This document shows, piece after piece, positions 14,236 to 28,200 of a stretch of DNA of 64,000 nt (within the stretch, counting starts at the first letter, position 1; each line of letters starts with the position of its first letter). The notes beneath the pieces were generated by a model, which saw only the letters and a program-made list of their open reading frames with translations, ran no database searches and was not told the DNA's origin. Made by a program: the position numbers and the translations under genes. Source of the DNA: Antedon mediterranea (Eukaryota; Animalia; Echinodermata); NCBI RefSeq assembly GCF_964355755.1, contig NC_092674.1:22816001-22880000 (forward strand), written 5' to 3'.

Positions 14236-15411
14236 TCTATATATAAATTTACGTAAGGGCAAAATTCGGTAAATCGCGCCTTACTTCTAGAATTTTTACT
14301 CGATGGTATATCAAGTTGGTTCGTACTTTCGGTACTGATTTTAACCACCTGATGTAACCCTGTTTACTAATTAAATTGAGTCAGATAATTAGTTATTGAC
14401 GATTAAAACGAATTTAGGTTCAACGATTTGCCCAAAATAGGGGTGTTTTCCGATCGTGGTATACACTGTCTAATACATGTCCATCGTGAAAAATACCCGC
14501 ATACAATAATACGAGGATGCTTCGCATTTTCCTATCTCCTCCTACGATAACTGCTTTTAATGGCTGAAAACCGGTTGAACAGCTCGAGTACAGCATCATA
14601 ATGTTGAAGACAAGCCAATTTTTTTTAAATACTACAGTATTTTGATAGATTTAATATACGTTTATAGAAATTTATTGATTTGCAATGAATGGAACATTCC
14701 AAATTATTGCTTACCTCCATGGTTTAACACAAGTAGGTAAATGTATACACCCTTGGAGAATAAACAGAAATAGTATTGTAATGCTATACAATACTGCAAA
14801 TAGGTATTAACCACTTTTGATCGCCATTTGAATCAAAAGTGTGTTGATACTGTTAGATATAATATAAACAAATATACTAATAAACGTTATCACTGTGAGT
14901 GTGGGTAGCCCCTACTTTTAGATTATAAACACATGATAGTAGATACTTTATTACTGTCAGTTGTTTCTCAACGTTTGTATTAATTAATAATTACAAAAAT
15001 ATAAACGTATTAGTGGTCTTTAAATGTACTTTACTATTTCAATCGACCATGAGACAGTGACAGTTTTAATAAAGTATTAAATCGGAAATGTTTTACTCTA
15101 TTAGTGTGGTATATTATTTATAGGCCTATATGAAAAAAATATTTCGTTACTGATTGGATAATAAAGAGATATAAAGAATAATTTAACAAAATTGGGTTTG
15201 TTTCAATGAGTCCAAATAACACATTTTGACTCATTTTGTGACAAGTTTCTATGTGCTAATTTTGGTTGACTACATAAATCATTGTGTCTATTTATTTGTT
15301 TCTGTAAAAACGACAATGTTTTGTAGTCCTGCCGTACGTACATTTGAAATCGCCAGTTTTTTTACGCTGAAGTTACTATGTATTTGAGAACCATCTGTGG
15401 GCACGAACTAG
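14236..15411 (+). mobile_element. Helitron copy of the same family, ending at gcacgaactag and abutting a minisatellite
   Basis: A|TC start identical to 5520; 3' part 15230-15411 matches 6755-6956. Confidence 0.7.
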
Positions 15412-15556
15412 GCCGCCACTTAATTATCTGGCGGCCGCCACTTAATTATCTGGCGGCCGCCACTTAATTATCTGGCGGCCGCCACTTAATTATCTGGCGG
15501 CCGCCACTTAATTATCTGGCGGCCGCCACTTAATTATCTGGCGGCCGCCACTTAAT
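15411..15556. repeat. 22-bp minisatellite (gccgccacttaattatctggcg) x ~6.5
   Basis: Perfect 22-nt period; each junction contains the 12-bp palindrome tggcggccgcca (NotI site). Confidence 0.92.
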
Positions 15557-16104
15557 AATTAGTACATGTCCCGTCACGTGACATGTACGTGCATTGGATC
15601 AGAGGCGATGTTGCATATGGAACGCCATCGCCGCCTCCGGCAGCAAACTTTAATTCTATTCGGCTCTTTTACTATTACGTTCGGCTCTTTTTAGCATTCG
15701 GCGCATTTCTATTTGGCCCATTTACCATCACGTTCGGCTCTTTCAGCATTCGGCTCTTTTTTATTCAGCCCATTTACCATTACGTTCGGCTCTTTCAGCA
15801 TTCGGCGCATTTCTATTTGGCTTTTAAAATATAGTTAACGTGTGGCCCGAACGGGCTTCCGTAGGTAACAAATCAAATATCAATTGAAATCATTCACTCT
15901 GGTTGCCGGCGGACAATTTCACATTAGATGAATGAAGTTTTACAATAGTACAGTACTGGGACATGCAACAGTGACACATGCGTGATATGGATGGGCCTGT
16001 TATGCTCGCTTGACATGAAACAGCGCAGCAGTTTCTTTTTGTTAGACATGAACCGTAATCGGGTGCACATATGATAAGAAATCAACATTTGAACTTCATA
16101 CTTC

Positions 16105-16970
16105 ATCACTCATCCCGATGATATGCAAATTAGCTTAAATATGCAAATTAGGGTGAAATTACAAGATTAAATATCTCAAAAACTCCTAGACAGAGAGAGT
16201 TGATTTTTTCAACAATTTGTTTAGAATGTATATATTTATATTTGCTCTAATGAAAAAATGATAAATGGAACATTCCAATCTCTAAGTCTCCCAGTACAAA
16301 TATTTGGTAGGTAAATATATGGGCCCTTTGGGAATAAACTTTAGGTATATTTTTGATCGCCATTTAAAGCGCAAGTTTCTCTTTCGGTAAGTAATTCCCA
16401 GGTGCTAATTTTAGTTGAATACATACGAATCACCGTGTCTATTTATTCGTTAATGTAAACATGTATTTTATAGTCCTGTGGTACGTACATTTTAGATCAC
16501 CAGTTTTTTACGCTGAATTTACTATGTGTATTCGAGAACCATCTCTGGGCACGACCTAGATGGTACGCGAGCGTAGTCAATGAAATATATATTAAAATAT
16601 AATAGACCTAAATGTATTTATTTTTTACATCAAATGTGTACAACGTGTACAATCAATACGCCGAGGGGATTATTGATTATTAAAAATGTGTATTTCAGGA
16701 TGTCACGTAATTCGTCACGAACATTTCACATCAAATAAGTATAAATTCAATTAATTTGTTTTATAACTGTAATAAATATTTGTTTACATGGTAATCATGA
16801 ATATAGCATGAGTTGATGGTACAATATACAATACCGTTCCTTACTATCTCTAGGAAAATGATTATTACTAGAAATTGAAAAGTGTAAATAGGTGCCTGCG
16901 AGTAGATCTAATAACATAACATAATGTATAGTTTTGATGACGCAAGGCCCTCCTAAAGGACTATTATTAT
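16105..16970 (+). repeat. Local duplication of ~9370-10290 (Helitron 3' part plus ~400 bp beyond it)
   Basis: Collinear high similarity, e.g. cactcatcccgatgatatgcaaattag and ctagatggtacgcgagcgtagtcaatgaaatat...gacgcaaggccctc in both copies. Confidence 0.7.
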
Positions 16971-18517
16971 TATTTTTGTACAAAAGGCAAGAGTTATAAT
17001 TTGTGATTTGTAATTTTCAAACATAATTTGATTTAATGTACAGGTTTTTTTAAACAAGTAGTTTTAAAACCCCTATTTCTTTTCAAATTCACTCGTTTTT
17101 TGGTGGCGTTCCTGTTCTATTGTAATTTTGTGTTATGAGGTTTCTGACTTGTAATGAAGACTCTTACTCGCTTGACTGTAGTAACACATATATTGTTTAT
17201 TCAATAATACTTGATGATACAATAATGCTTCAGTATAATATACAACTATAAGTATAAGGAACAAAGGATTGGGTGAGGCAGTTGGTGAGGTGTGAGTGTC
17301 TAGGCGTTCTTCTGAGGAAGTGGCTGTGAGGTGTGTCTGGGCTCTTCTGAAACTTGGGGGTATATTGGCTCAGTTCATTTGCATATGTAATTACGTCATT
17401 TTAGAGGTTACTGATTGGTCCTAAGTTTATCCAGGGGTGTTTAGGTAGAAGTGATTAACGGTATAATAAGGTATTTCAATGATGGATAACACTGTCAAAT
17501 CTGTACTTAAATAGTGTCAATCTCTCCTGGTTTAACGATGGGAAAGGTCACAAAGTTAAGCAAAGTGTTTTCTTTAGGGGTTAAATTATGTACTAAATGG
17601 ACTTTTAAAACATCTGGATAATTTCTCCACTGGTCTTTCTGGGCCAAGTTTGTGAACTCATTTGAATCCTAATACAAAGGTTGATTTCTTAATTATAAAA
17701 GTATATCATTATATTACACTATTGTTAGTCAACTGAAACTATTGTGTAGTTGAAAGGCTTTTACACCAAACTAGCATACACAAGCTTGTAGTGAAATTAG
17801 CCTAAATCTTACACACAGCATTACGACACACACAACAACCTTATGTAGGAGAATTTCACAGAAGGTGAAGGTATGCACTTTTGGAGTGCATTTCTAGTTG
17901 TTACTGATACAATTATGTCGGTGTCTTGTCATAGAATGACATTCTGAAACCTGATTGGTCAGTTATAGCTGTTCCAAGTTGGATTGAAATATATCCATGC
18001 GAAAGTCTACTAGACATTTAGTTTACATTTTAGTTAGTAGCTTAATGAAAGAATTGTTTTCTTCGAAATATTATTAACAATGATATCCTTCATTTTTATA
18101 TCAATTAAAGAAATTTAAATTCTATCATGTCAACATTAATTTAAAATTGGCAAAACTATGAATACTACTACTACTACTACTTTTCAATCCAGTCAGAAGG
18201 AGTTTAAGTATGTTATACTCAATCATCCCCAACCAGTTGAATAGCTAGTCATTTTCAACAAAAATGTCCATAAAATTATTGGTAACGAATAGTTTATGGA
18301 TAGCTGTTTCCTAAAGAAATGCTCATGGTTTCAATAGGAGTACTTTCCACTTCGAAACGAACAGCTTACGAGTTTTCAACATCAGTTGATTATATAATAT
18401 GAATTAAATTATTGTTATAACATACTTATACATTGTAATTTGTATTTTCATTTTAAAATTCCGATCCGGACATAATAACGAAGGTAATAAATCATTTGAT
18501 TGCCATAAACGAATACG

Positions 18518-21500
18518 TTATATCGTCGAATAACTGTCTTCAAAAGGAATACTCTCGGGTTCAACTTCTGTACTTTCCATTTCGAAACGAACAGCTTGCG
18601 AGTTTTCAACAGTAGAATTTGTTGTCAAATGACAGCCTTGCTTGTCGAGTTTAAACCCCAAACAATTATCCTTGTGTAGGCACTTTATTCCACATCTTAT
18701 GCAGCTTCGTGCAATGTTGAAATTGTTGATATCTGACTGACATCCACTGGTATGTTTGTACGGCTTGTAATAGGCACAGGATTTACCTGCAAAGGTTATA
18801 CATTTCTGAATTACTTAGTATGCCCTACAGAAACGTGTTTATCAAATGCAAAACGAGTTTCCTCATTTTGGATGATAAAGTCTTTACTATGATATTTTGT
18901 TGGTAGGTTATTTTCTCTCCCCCAGCATCCCCTCTCTCCCTCCGACCACCCCCCCCACCCACCCCACCCCCCCTCCCTCCCCTTTTAGTGGATGTGTCCA
19001 ACATTGATTCTTTCTCATATATTATACAAACACACATAATACATATTTCATTTTAATCATTGCAACATTAAGCAAAAAATTGTTTCCGTTATTGAATTAT
19101 TGTTTTTTTTTTTATTTTAAATGTTTTGAAATGAATAAATAAATAAAAATGTTGCAAACATATTTTACCTTCTTTTGTATTTAGTCTAGTTTACTTTAAT
19201 TTTATGTCTCGAGTGCATTATTTCTCATTTTTTTCTCATATTGTTCCACTTTTAGAAATTTAAAACATTTCCAACACAAAATAATAAGGAATGTGTTTGT
19301 GGCAGTGGTACACCATGGTATGTAATTATTATAGGGATGTACAGTAGGCAATGCAGCCAAGTAGAGTGGAGGCAAATAGTGCAATCGAAGGAAGTATTGA
19401 ATATATACGTTGTTGCCAAGTTAGGCTAATTGTTACATACTTAAATAGTTTCAAACTCACCCAGTGCATTATCTATTATTTGAGACGATGTTTGTATGAT
19501 AGCAACTGCATGTAGCCCGTCATAAGGATGTGTAGTAATGAGTGTTGCAACTGCCCCAAGCGCGTCGCCGGCATAAGTGTATTTAAACATACTGCCTGAA
19601 TTTTCCCGCGTATACAAAAAGTTTCCAACAACCATTAAATAATAAGATCCTAGATAAGAAAATGTTGGCACGATCTTTTGTTTGTTACTACCATCACTAT
19701 TCACCGACCACACTTCGGTGTGTGTTACATCTGTCCAAAATATGATTTGACCTAAAACGAAGATAATGTACCATTAGTAGTATTAAAAACTGAACACATG
19801 GATGGAGCTTGACCAACGTCATTTCAAACTCAGTTTCTAAACAGTATCTATATAATTATTTTTTGTCTTGTGTGAGTTCTTCTCACGTTTATTTGAATTC
19901 TCATGGATGAATATATTATATACATAAGTACATTTGTGACAATTAAAAGTAAGTGTTTAAAGTAGTTAAAATACAGGTATATATTTCTCATTTAAAATTT
20001 TAGATACGATGTTAATTAAAATGTATAAATGAAAAATGGCGGTAAAATACATGATTACAATTTTCTTGTTAAACTATCTTATTTGTGTTCTTATTTGTGT
20101 TCGAGTAGAGAGGCTATAAACTCAGGGGAGGAAAATGTAGTATCCTCCCTTTTCACCAAGATAAAATGGATGGAATGAAAAAAGAGGAATGCAATAGGTT
20201 AAAAGTTAGTTATTTAGAATGATAGCATGAAATGGTATATTTAATGAAAACCGTAAGGTTAGAGTCCATACACTGTGCAAGTCCAAGATGTGATTTTGGC
20301 TGTGTGTGTATGTGAGACGCTTCATACCCGATGTCATCTTATACAACTACTACTTACAATTTGTATTTACGGTATAACATATTGCAAATATATAAAAATA
20401 TATAGAAGTATATATATTGAACAAATACACATACCTATAGATTAAATTGACATGTATACGATATAAAATATTGCAAATATAGAAAAATATATTAAACAAA
20501 TACCAATACATACAGATTATATTGACATGCTACGTGTATTTGAACTATTGTCATCTTAAAAAGTATATAGATGCCTATAAACAGAGTTTACGTCGATATA
20601 CAGGATTTGTGTCCATTATGATAAGGTAAGAAAGAAAAATGAATCAATAAAATAATTAAATTATTAACATCAAATCTTTTGATAGTTTTAATAGTTTATC
20701 TTTACATTTCTTCTGAGCCTTATGTAAATTATGCATAAATTCATTTGTTAATAAATGCTTTAATTCATAGTAAAATAATCTCCAAATTTTTTTTGATTCC
20801 TGATTTTGTTTCTTTTCTTTTCTTATTACTAAACACAATTTATAAATGCAAAAAGTAAATACTGAAATAAGTTCATTTACAGTTTTCGTTTCCGATCCTT
20901 TAACAATATTACGCCAGGTTATATCAATCTTTTGTACAAAACAGTTTGAGATCAAAAACTTAAATACAATCCATATGGGTTTAATCTTATTACATGAAAA
21001 TAGCAAATGGTTTTCATTTTCAATTTCACTATTACATCTTTCACATATGTCATTTATAGAAAGTTTCCAAATTTTTAACTTACTTTTACACGCAAGAATA
21101 CGATGTAGTAGTTTGAAATTGAATTGCGCGACTTTTGTGATATGTTTCATAGAAAACATCTTGTTATACCATACGGTATTCTATGCAAAAGTGTAATTTT
21201 TAAATTCTATCTCCCATTTTTCTTTTGCGATAGAAGTTGATATTATATTTTCCACAAATAAATTATAAAATAGTTTTGCATTAAGTTGTTTTGTATGAAG
21301 TCAAAAGCAATCGGTGTTTGTTTGATTATTTACATGTTCACCATTCAATATAATTATTATTATTAATGCTTCTAAATTGATCGCGTCATTTATCTCCTCT
21401 GAAACCATTGAATGGTACGTGTTTACATTTGGCACACTGATGTTTCTTGATGGGCCGCAAGTGATTGTTTTCGTACATAAGTTGTGTTTCCTTATGTGAA

Positions 21501-24289
21501 AGATTTTCAAAAGTAGCTACATGAAGTTGTGCAGCGTTTAAAAATTAAAACATATTTTTTCGCGTGATATCCAGCATTTTACACAATTTCGACTTAAAAT
21601 ACGATATGCGGGTTTTTGATGAAAAAGTTCACAAAATTCGTCAAAATTATACTTTTCTTTAACAGTTAAGTTATTTTTGTTACGTATTCTGAATTTTGAT
21701 GACTTGTAGATATTGGATCATGCGTCAATATAGCTAACCGGACATTGTGACGTCATCATATCTAGTCTAGTTTTAGTTTTAATATGTTTTTTATATGTGA
21801 CAAGGAAGACAACATTCGAGCCATAGTACTTGACACAATAAAATAATTGAATTTGTATTAATACAAACATGATTGACTGTTAGTGTAAACAATATATATA
21901 TATCAGTGTACCTGTTGGGTCCACAGAAAGGCCATCACAAATTCCAGTCACAACGAAAGATGAAGTTGACGGGCTGTCTCGATGAAATCTTTGAATAGAT
22001 TGGTAACGAATGCAAAAGTAGATATACCTAAAATGAAAATAAATAGCATCAATATGTTATTAGACAATTATATTACAGATATTTGTGTGGACGTACTCGG
22101 GCCAACTACGACAATAATTTAATTTCACATCTCACACATGAAAATAGAATAATCGTTCCTCAACACCTCCTCAATTTCTATTTTATCGTATTTGTTTAAA
22201 TTTCATAAACATTTCAGATTATTCACCTTACCTTGAACGTTCGTCAAAATCCATTAAATTAAATAATTATTTTAACAATGTTGTTGTTAATATTTTGTAA
22301 TACAATAGAAATTTCAAACTCGGAGCTACCCCTTAATTAATTGTCAACTGTTAGCTTTACATAACAACGAGATTTTGTTTTTTAACATACTAAAAAATGA
22401 ACATAGCAATAATGAAAATAAGCAATATAGCATACATAGGCCTATATATTGTACCTGAATAATTTTACTTACCCAGAACTTTCGTCAAAATCAATGGATA
22501 AAACTGAACCTGTTGTAAACAAACTCTGGATATTCTGTCCAGTGACGTCACAGGTTCTCATTTCACTAAATGCATATGCAACGAAATAAAGATTCTGACG
22601 TTCCACGTCTAATGTCAACGAATATGCGCCTAAGAAAAAAAATGTTCTTTCTTTCTTTCTAATCAAACAGAAATGATTGATATTATTTGGTGGCTATAGG
22701 AAGTTCCAGTGTTAAAAAAGAACCTATTTACACTGAAGTACTAACTAACCTCCGTATTAGAAGTTTTTGATTTGTAGAACTGCCTTACATTTGCCGTATA
22801 TCACTACAATTATTCTAATTTTTTATTTTTTCACTGTACGAGTTAGTTATGATTTAGTTAGTGATGATTTAGTTTCACGTTTGTGCTACTACAGTGTTTT
22901 TTTTGTATGTATACTGTGGCAATACAATAATAATAGGCCTAATGTATACCGGCAGTAATCCATGCTAATCTTTTTCTGTCTTATAATATGTGGTATACTT
23001 TGCATGGGCAAATACAATAAAAGCGCACTCTGATAAAAGTACTTTGACAAATTATATTAAAAGAAAAACAAATTGTATCGGGCGGAGCATGGGTTACTGC
23101 TAGTAAACATTATTATTATTGTATTGCCACAGTATACATACAAAAAAGTAAGTGTAGTGTTATAGGGCAAATTTAAGGCAGTTTTACAAATCACAAACTT
23201 CTAATAATCAAGAGTAAAATTCGGAACTACTGTATTTACGGCCATTGGTTTTTTTATACACTATCCTTTCACATTGCAATATATGTAAGCTAAAAAATGA
23301 CAGCAATACTGGATATGGAACTTTAGACTTTTTTGTTGACTGTTCAGACTTACTAAAATAAAGACGATCCCAAAGGAAAATTGTGTGAATTAGACGAAAC
23401 TATAAAATGCCAAACTATATTATGTGTTTTCGTGGTGTATTAATTATGTGATACATATAGATAAAATATAAGTGTTAAAAAAGGTCAGTCAAAAAATGTT
23501 CAGTATTTCCTAATGTTGTTAGATATTGTGTTTCAATAAATGAATATTGTGTTTCAATAAATGAATGTCACTTTGCTTACCTGTGGCAAAAACAAGTTCG
23601 TAGTTTGTACCATCTAATGCCATTTTCATGATGTTTATGGTATCCGCCCAATAAACCATTTCATCAACGGGATTGTACGCCATTGCATATGAACTGCATA
23701 CATAAGGAATGTCGGTAAAGACGAGGGATTGGCTTTCAATATCATCAGATTCCGTGTATGTGTAAGATATTTTCCAATTTGCTAAGCTTGATGTCAGAAT
23801 CATATAGCCTACATGATCGTCTTAATCAAATTAAAGAATATTATTGAAGATGGGCATTAGCAGGCAAGAGTATTTCTAGGCACAATATTTGGTGAGGGTC
23901 ATTTTCCAGATACATCGGCACACTTAGGCCAAACTTTGCGCACTACTACAGTATCGTTTGTCTGGTGAAACAACACTAGTATGATTTTCGGGTACACTAC
24001 GTGTTTTTTTTAATGGAAATAAAGTAAAGTAAAACGTCCAAACGTGTTTTTTTTATTTGTTATGTTACAACCGTCTTTTGGAAAATATTTCTAGAGGTTT
24101 TCCAACCCATTACTAAAATAGTAGAGCACTATTTCTCAGCAGCAGTTAATATTAGTATTTTCTGATTAATAATAATAGTATTATATTACTATATTAGATT
24201 AGGAAAAAAATATACTCACTTGAGTTCGCCAATTTACAAAATAAAATTAGGTAATAGTACACAAAAACGCTCAAATAAATCATTTTCAT
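18518..24289 (-). CDS. Paralogue B: secreted YWTD-type beta-propeller + PAN/apple-like domain protein with divergent core, 6 exons, ~380 aa
   Basis: Exons 24220-24289 (MKMIYLSVFVYYYLILFCKLANS), 23581-23820 (alternative in-frame acceptor gives end 23808), 22473-22629, 21912-22027, 19461-19751, 18518-18786. GT-AG introns with the same phases as A, and exons 3 and 4 have the same lengths (157, 116 nt). Motifs VYWAD, LYFVA, IYFC, IFWTD, LYTRE. Confidence 0.88.
20400..21300 (-). mobile_element. 3' fragment of an L1/Tx1-type LINE in intron 4 of gene B
   Basis: ORF 20656-21159: FNFKLLHRIL...CERCNSEIENENHLLFSC...IW, the zf-RVT C-terminal CCHC domain, followed by an AT-rich 3' tail. Confidence 0.75.
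22755..23207. mobile_element. MITE with long imperfect inverted repeats in intron 2 of gene B
   Basis: 22755-22808 pairs with 23153-23207; 22888-22935 pairs with 23110-23158. Confidence 0.6.
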
Positions 24290-25075
24290 AAATGTTCTAC
24301 TCATTCTGCTAATGCCGTTCCTTATCGAATGCGAATTGAAATGTCTTACTTAACGTTTATAATTGTAAAGTAATGAGTAATGAATGTCATTAAAATATAG
24401 AAGGTTGTTAACTTTTCAATACCGAATTGATTGCCTTTAAAGTAGGTGTATTTTAATGTAATGACAATTTTGTATTTCTTTTGGTAATAGTGATGTTGTT
24501 TTAACAAAGAACCACTTAACATCTACAATATTTCGATTTCATTTAAAATATGTGTATAGAAAATAATGTGGGCTAAAGAGTAAGTGAATGTTATGTAAAG
24601 CATAATTAGATCCATTTTCATTTTATTGAAATGATTGTAGTAATTGTTAGTAATAATACAAAATTATACTATATTTTTTATTATAATGGTTTCGTTTGAT
24701 TTACTTTGAAAGCCTACTGTATCACTTGAGTATACAATTATTATTATTAATAGACAGAAATGTCGAACAAATATGTGAAATTTAATGGATTTAGTTTGAA
24801 AACCCTATAAAATGTATTGGACCTTAGATCTATGCTATTTCGAACCACCTACTGAGTTTTGTGACAAAGATGTCCAATTTGTATGCAACTACTGTAGATG
24901 CTCCATTATTTTCACGTCAATCTTAACCATGATGGAACTCGGGTTATGCTGCCTCTTACCATCAAATCCAGAACACCACTACTTTTATCATCGTGTACAC
25001 AATCATTAATCATTATTTAAAAACCTAAATAGTCTAGTACCTATAACATAAAACCTAAAACAAATTGCAACAGAT

Positions 25076-25200
25076 TTTTAGTCGCGTGTAGTCGCGACTC
25101 GACTCTATAGCTCACTATGTCGGTCAGTTGATCGGTCGGTCGGTCGGTAAACACTAACTCAAATTTGCGCACGCGACTGCAGCCATGTATATTGCCTTGT
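25076..25200 (+). mobile_element. Helentron-associated (HINE/DINE-1-like) short element; copies at ~633-775 and ~40938-41058
   Basis: T-run start, agtcgcgt...acgcgact sub-terminal inverted repeat, (gtcg)n microsatellite, 3' gccttgtt end. Confidence 0.6.
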
Positions 25201-25230
25201 TTTATATACGTATAGATATGACATCCTTAT

Positions 25231-28200
25231 TAGTGTAGGCCACTATGTAATTTCGTGTCATTTTTTTGTTAAAAGCAAAATTCCAGCTGATTTAGTGTCT
25301 TTAGGATGTAAAGTAATGAAAAAAATATGTTGCCATTTTTTTTAAAAAGCTTAAGGGTGTCAAATCCAAGATGGCCGCCAATACGTAAAATATCCAATAA
25401 ATGTACCATATTGGACAAAGTAACACCCATTATGAATAATATTTTAAGTTTATATGGGTTCTCTGCTATATAAGAATTATTATAAACCTATATTCATTAG
25501 TATTCTGACATTTTGAATTTCAAAATGGCCGCCATTTTTTAAAAATGAATTAGATTTCTTATTAAAACATGTGCAAGTTATGACGTGGATTGAAATCACA
25601 TAAAATGATAGGCCTATGACAACAACATTGATGATTAACACAAAATGGCGGCCATTTTGAATTTTAAAATGGCCGCCATTTTTTAAAAATGGGTTACATT
25701 TCTTATTAAAACTTGTATAAGTTAAATAAAATTAGATTGAAATACACAAAATGATATGCTTATGACAACAACATGGTGATTAACACAAAATGTTGACCAT
25801 CAGGAGGTCTACAGTACTGACAGTACACTTCTTCATATTAAAACATCTTATAAACTTCTTCAGTTAAATGACAACTAACTCTGCCAAAGTCCTTCAATGA
25901 AATATTTCTAATCTTGAATGCGATACAGTAAGTTGACCTTCCTTCGTTCTCTACTACTGTATCCATCAAACTTCCACAGACTGATCTGCGTTCCCAACAA
26001 CCTTGTTCAGAAACAAATTGGCAAAATAACTGAAATACCTCATTTCACCGGCAAATAATCTCTATAGGAGTCCTCTTTTACTTTGATAAGTTTGTGACCT
26101 GTATTCACCGTCATATATATTTTTTGCCAATATTCGTCTTTTTATTAGGATACCATATAGACAGTTTGCCTTCTACAAGACTTTTACCAATGCCTCAAAC
26201 ATTTTCTGTCCAATTTCATCATGCCATGGCCAACAAACACCTGCAGCATTCTTCAATCATCTCTCTTTAAATGTTTAAATGATTTGCCAGCTCTGATGAA
26301 ATCATTAATTTGTGTTATTCCAATTATACCACGCTCAATGACCCTGATCAATTGATGTAAATCCAGCAAGTCCCACACATACATGTCCTCTCATATACAT
26401 ATATAGGGATATAGTTTAACCACATCATTAGATTTCGTCGACTCTCAGTATTCAAGTTAATATCTTTATGATCAGCCTCTTTCAAACAAAATGATACTTA
26501 ACTTAGAATCTCTTTCTCTGTCTGCATTTGTAGAAGCAAGTTGTAGAGAGAAAGCAGAATTAGTGTGCTTTTGTCCTTTACAGATGTTTTCCATTTAAGA
26601 TATTTGTGGCATAGGTAATACAAGTTCAGTTTCAACAAAAGCACTTGCCTCAACACTATTTTCACAATGATACATGTCCAAAAGCCATATAGTTCACCGG
26701 GTCGACATAATAATTGCTTTTTGATGTCATCTCTGTCCACCTCCACTCATCTCGGGCAAGAGTCATCACCAGGCATTCTTGTCTTTCCCTAGTACATGAG
26801 TTTTTATACCACAACCATGTGCACTCATTAAACGAGTGTATAATGCTGGTCTGTCTGTAGGGGGTAGGCCTACATATCTAATGAAATTGGTTGAGATTGT
26901 AGAAGATGAGAAGTAGGAGTTCATTCATTTACAAGGTTATTTATAGGCAGAGCTGTATCTGTATTTCTTTCAAGCTTCTACCAAAAGTTGACAGGTTGAA
27001 AACTTACCAACCATACTGGTGACTATGGCCCTGAAGGTTCAGGCATTGAATTACATAGCAATAACGCCTTTATTATTTAACATATTTATACAGGATTTCA
27101 CAATAAGGTATAAATGCACTTGTTTTATATTGTGGTCCTCCTGTCTCCTGTCAAGTTTCAGTTTCATGAAAAGAAATGAGATCTGCAATTTAGAATCTAT
27201 ATATATATATAAATTATGGTTAATTCTGACATAGGCGAACACAATGGAAAAACTTTGGAACAAATGTCTGCCTTGAACTATCTTAGGTGTACCGCAAAAT
27301 GTAAAACAGTTTTCACTATTACGATATTGTTCCATATTTCTATCTTAGGAATATATTATAAAGAGTTTTAAAACAAAATTTCTGATTCATTGGTAGATTT
27401 TCAACTCAATTTCAATTGTACGTGGTCAAAGTAATTTCCGGATTCACGATGAGTTCACAGGTTCACCTTGCAACAACTACCTGGTTTCAGTTAAGTTGGT
27501 CGTTAGTGGATATAGCTATTTTAGTTTTTTGTTTATTTTCGGATTGGACCGCGCGTGTGAAGGTACAGTAGTTAAAAAATAAAATCCCGATAGCCGAGTT
27601 TTATTGAGTAAGCTGGCAGGAATAACTGTAGGCTATCTGTGTCCCATTAGGGCCCATATTGCAAGCCGTCTAAACATCTTCCTTCTTGGGCCGAAACGGC
27701 CTACACTGTCGCGGAAGTTAGTTTCAAAAGATGTTTAAATTAAATAATGTATTATGATGGTATTTATTTGAATAAACGCCTCCCCAATAAAACATCACTT
27801 TGAATAATAATCGCCTACACCCCCCCCCCCCCCCCCTCCACCCCTCGGGTGTTAACTATAATTTACCAAGCATTTATTAAAATTTTTTACCACTTTTCAT
27901 ATCTATTAGAGGATTTTATTTGATTATAAATGTTACAATAAATTATTATTAAAACTAAAAAATCCCTTGAATAAGCATCTCCCTCAAATGAACTCTGCCT
28001 CCCCACCTCCGCCCTATAAAACAATAAACACTATACTTTAAAATGTTATTAATCATCTAAGACACTGTGAAACAGAGTAGGTTTAGTTTTTCGAATGTCA
28101 AGCATTTTCAATAATGGTAACCGACAGAAAACGTACAAGGAGAACGTCCTTCTAAATCCTTTTTACCCGAGTCATTATCATTCCGAGAACCTTCGTTTAC

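Noticed and set aside
15411-15556. CRISPR-like array of palindromic repeats
   Set aside because: Units are contiguous with no unique spacers, there are no cas genes, and the context is eukaryotic; it is a minisatellite.
17100-17700. Possible Penelope-like fragment with a hammerhead ribozyme
   Set aside because: Only a vague resemblance (atgaagact...); the CUGAUGA and GAAAC cores are not intact and no ORF can be read.
18918-18983. C-rich tract and the Gly/Arg-rich ORF 18825-19037
   Set aside because: Simple low-complexity intronic tract (also at 27818-27846); G-quadruplex potential alone is not evidence of function.
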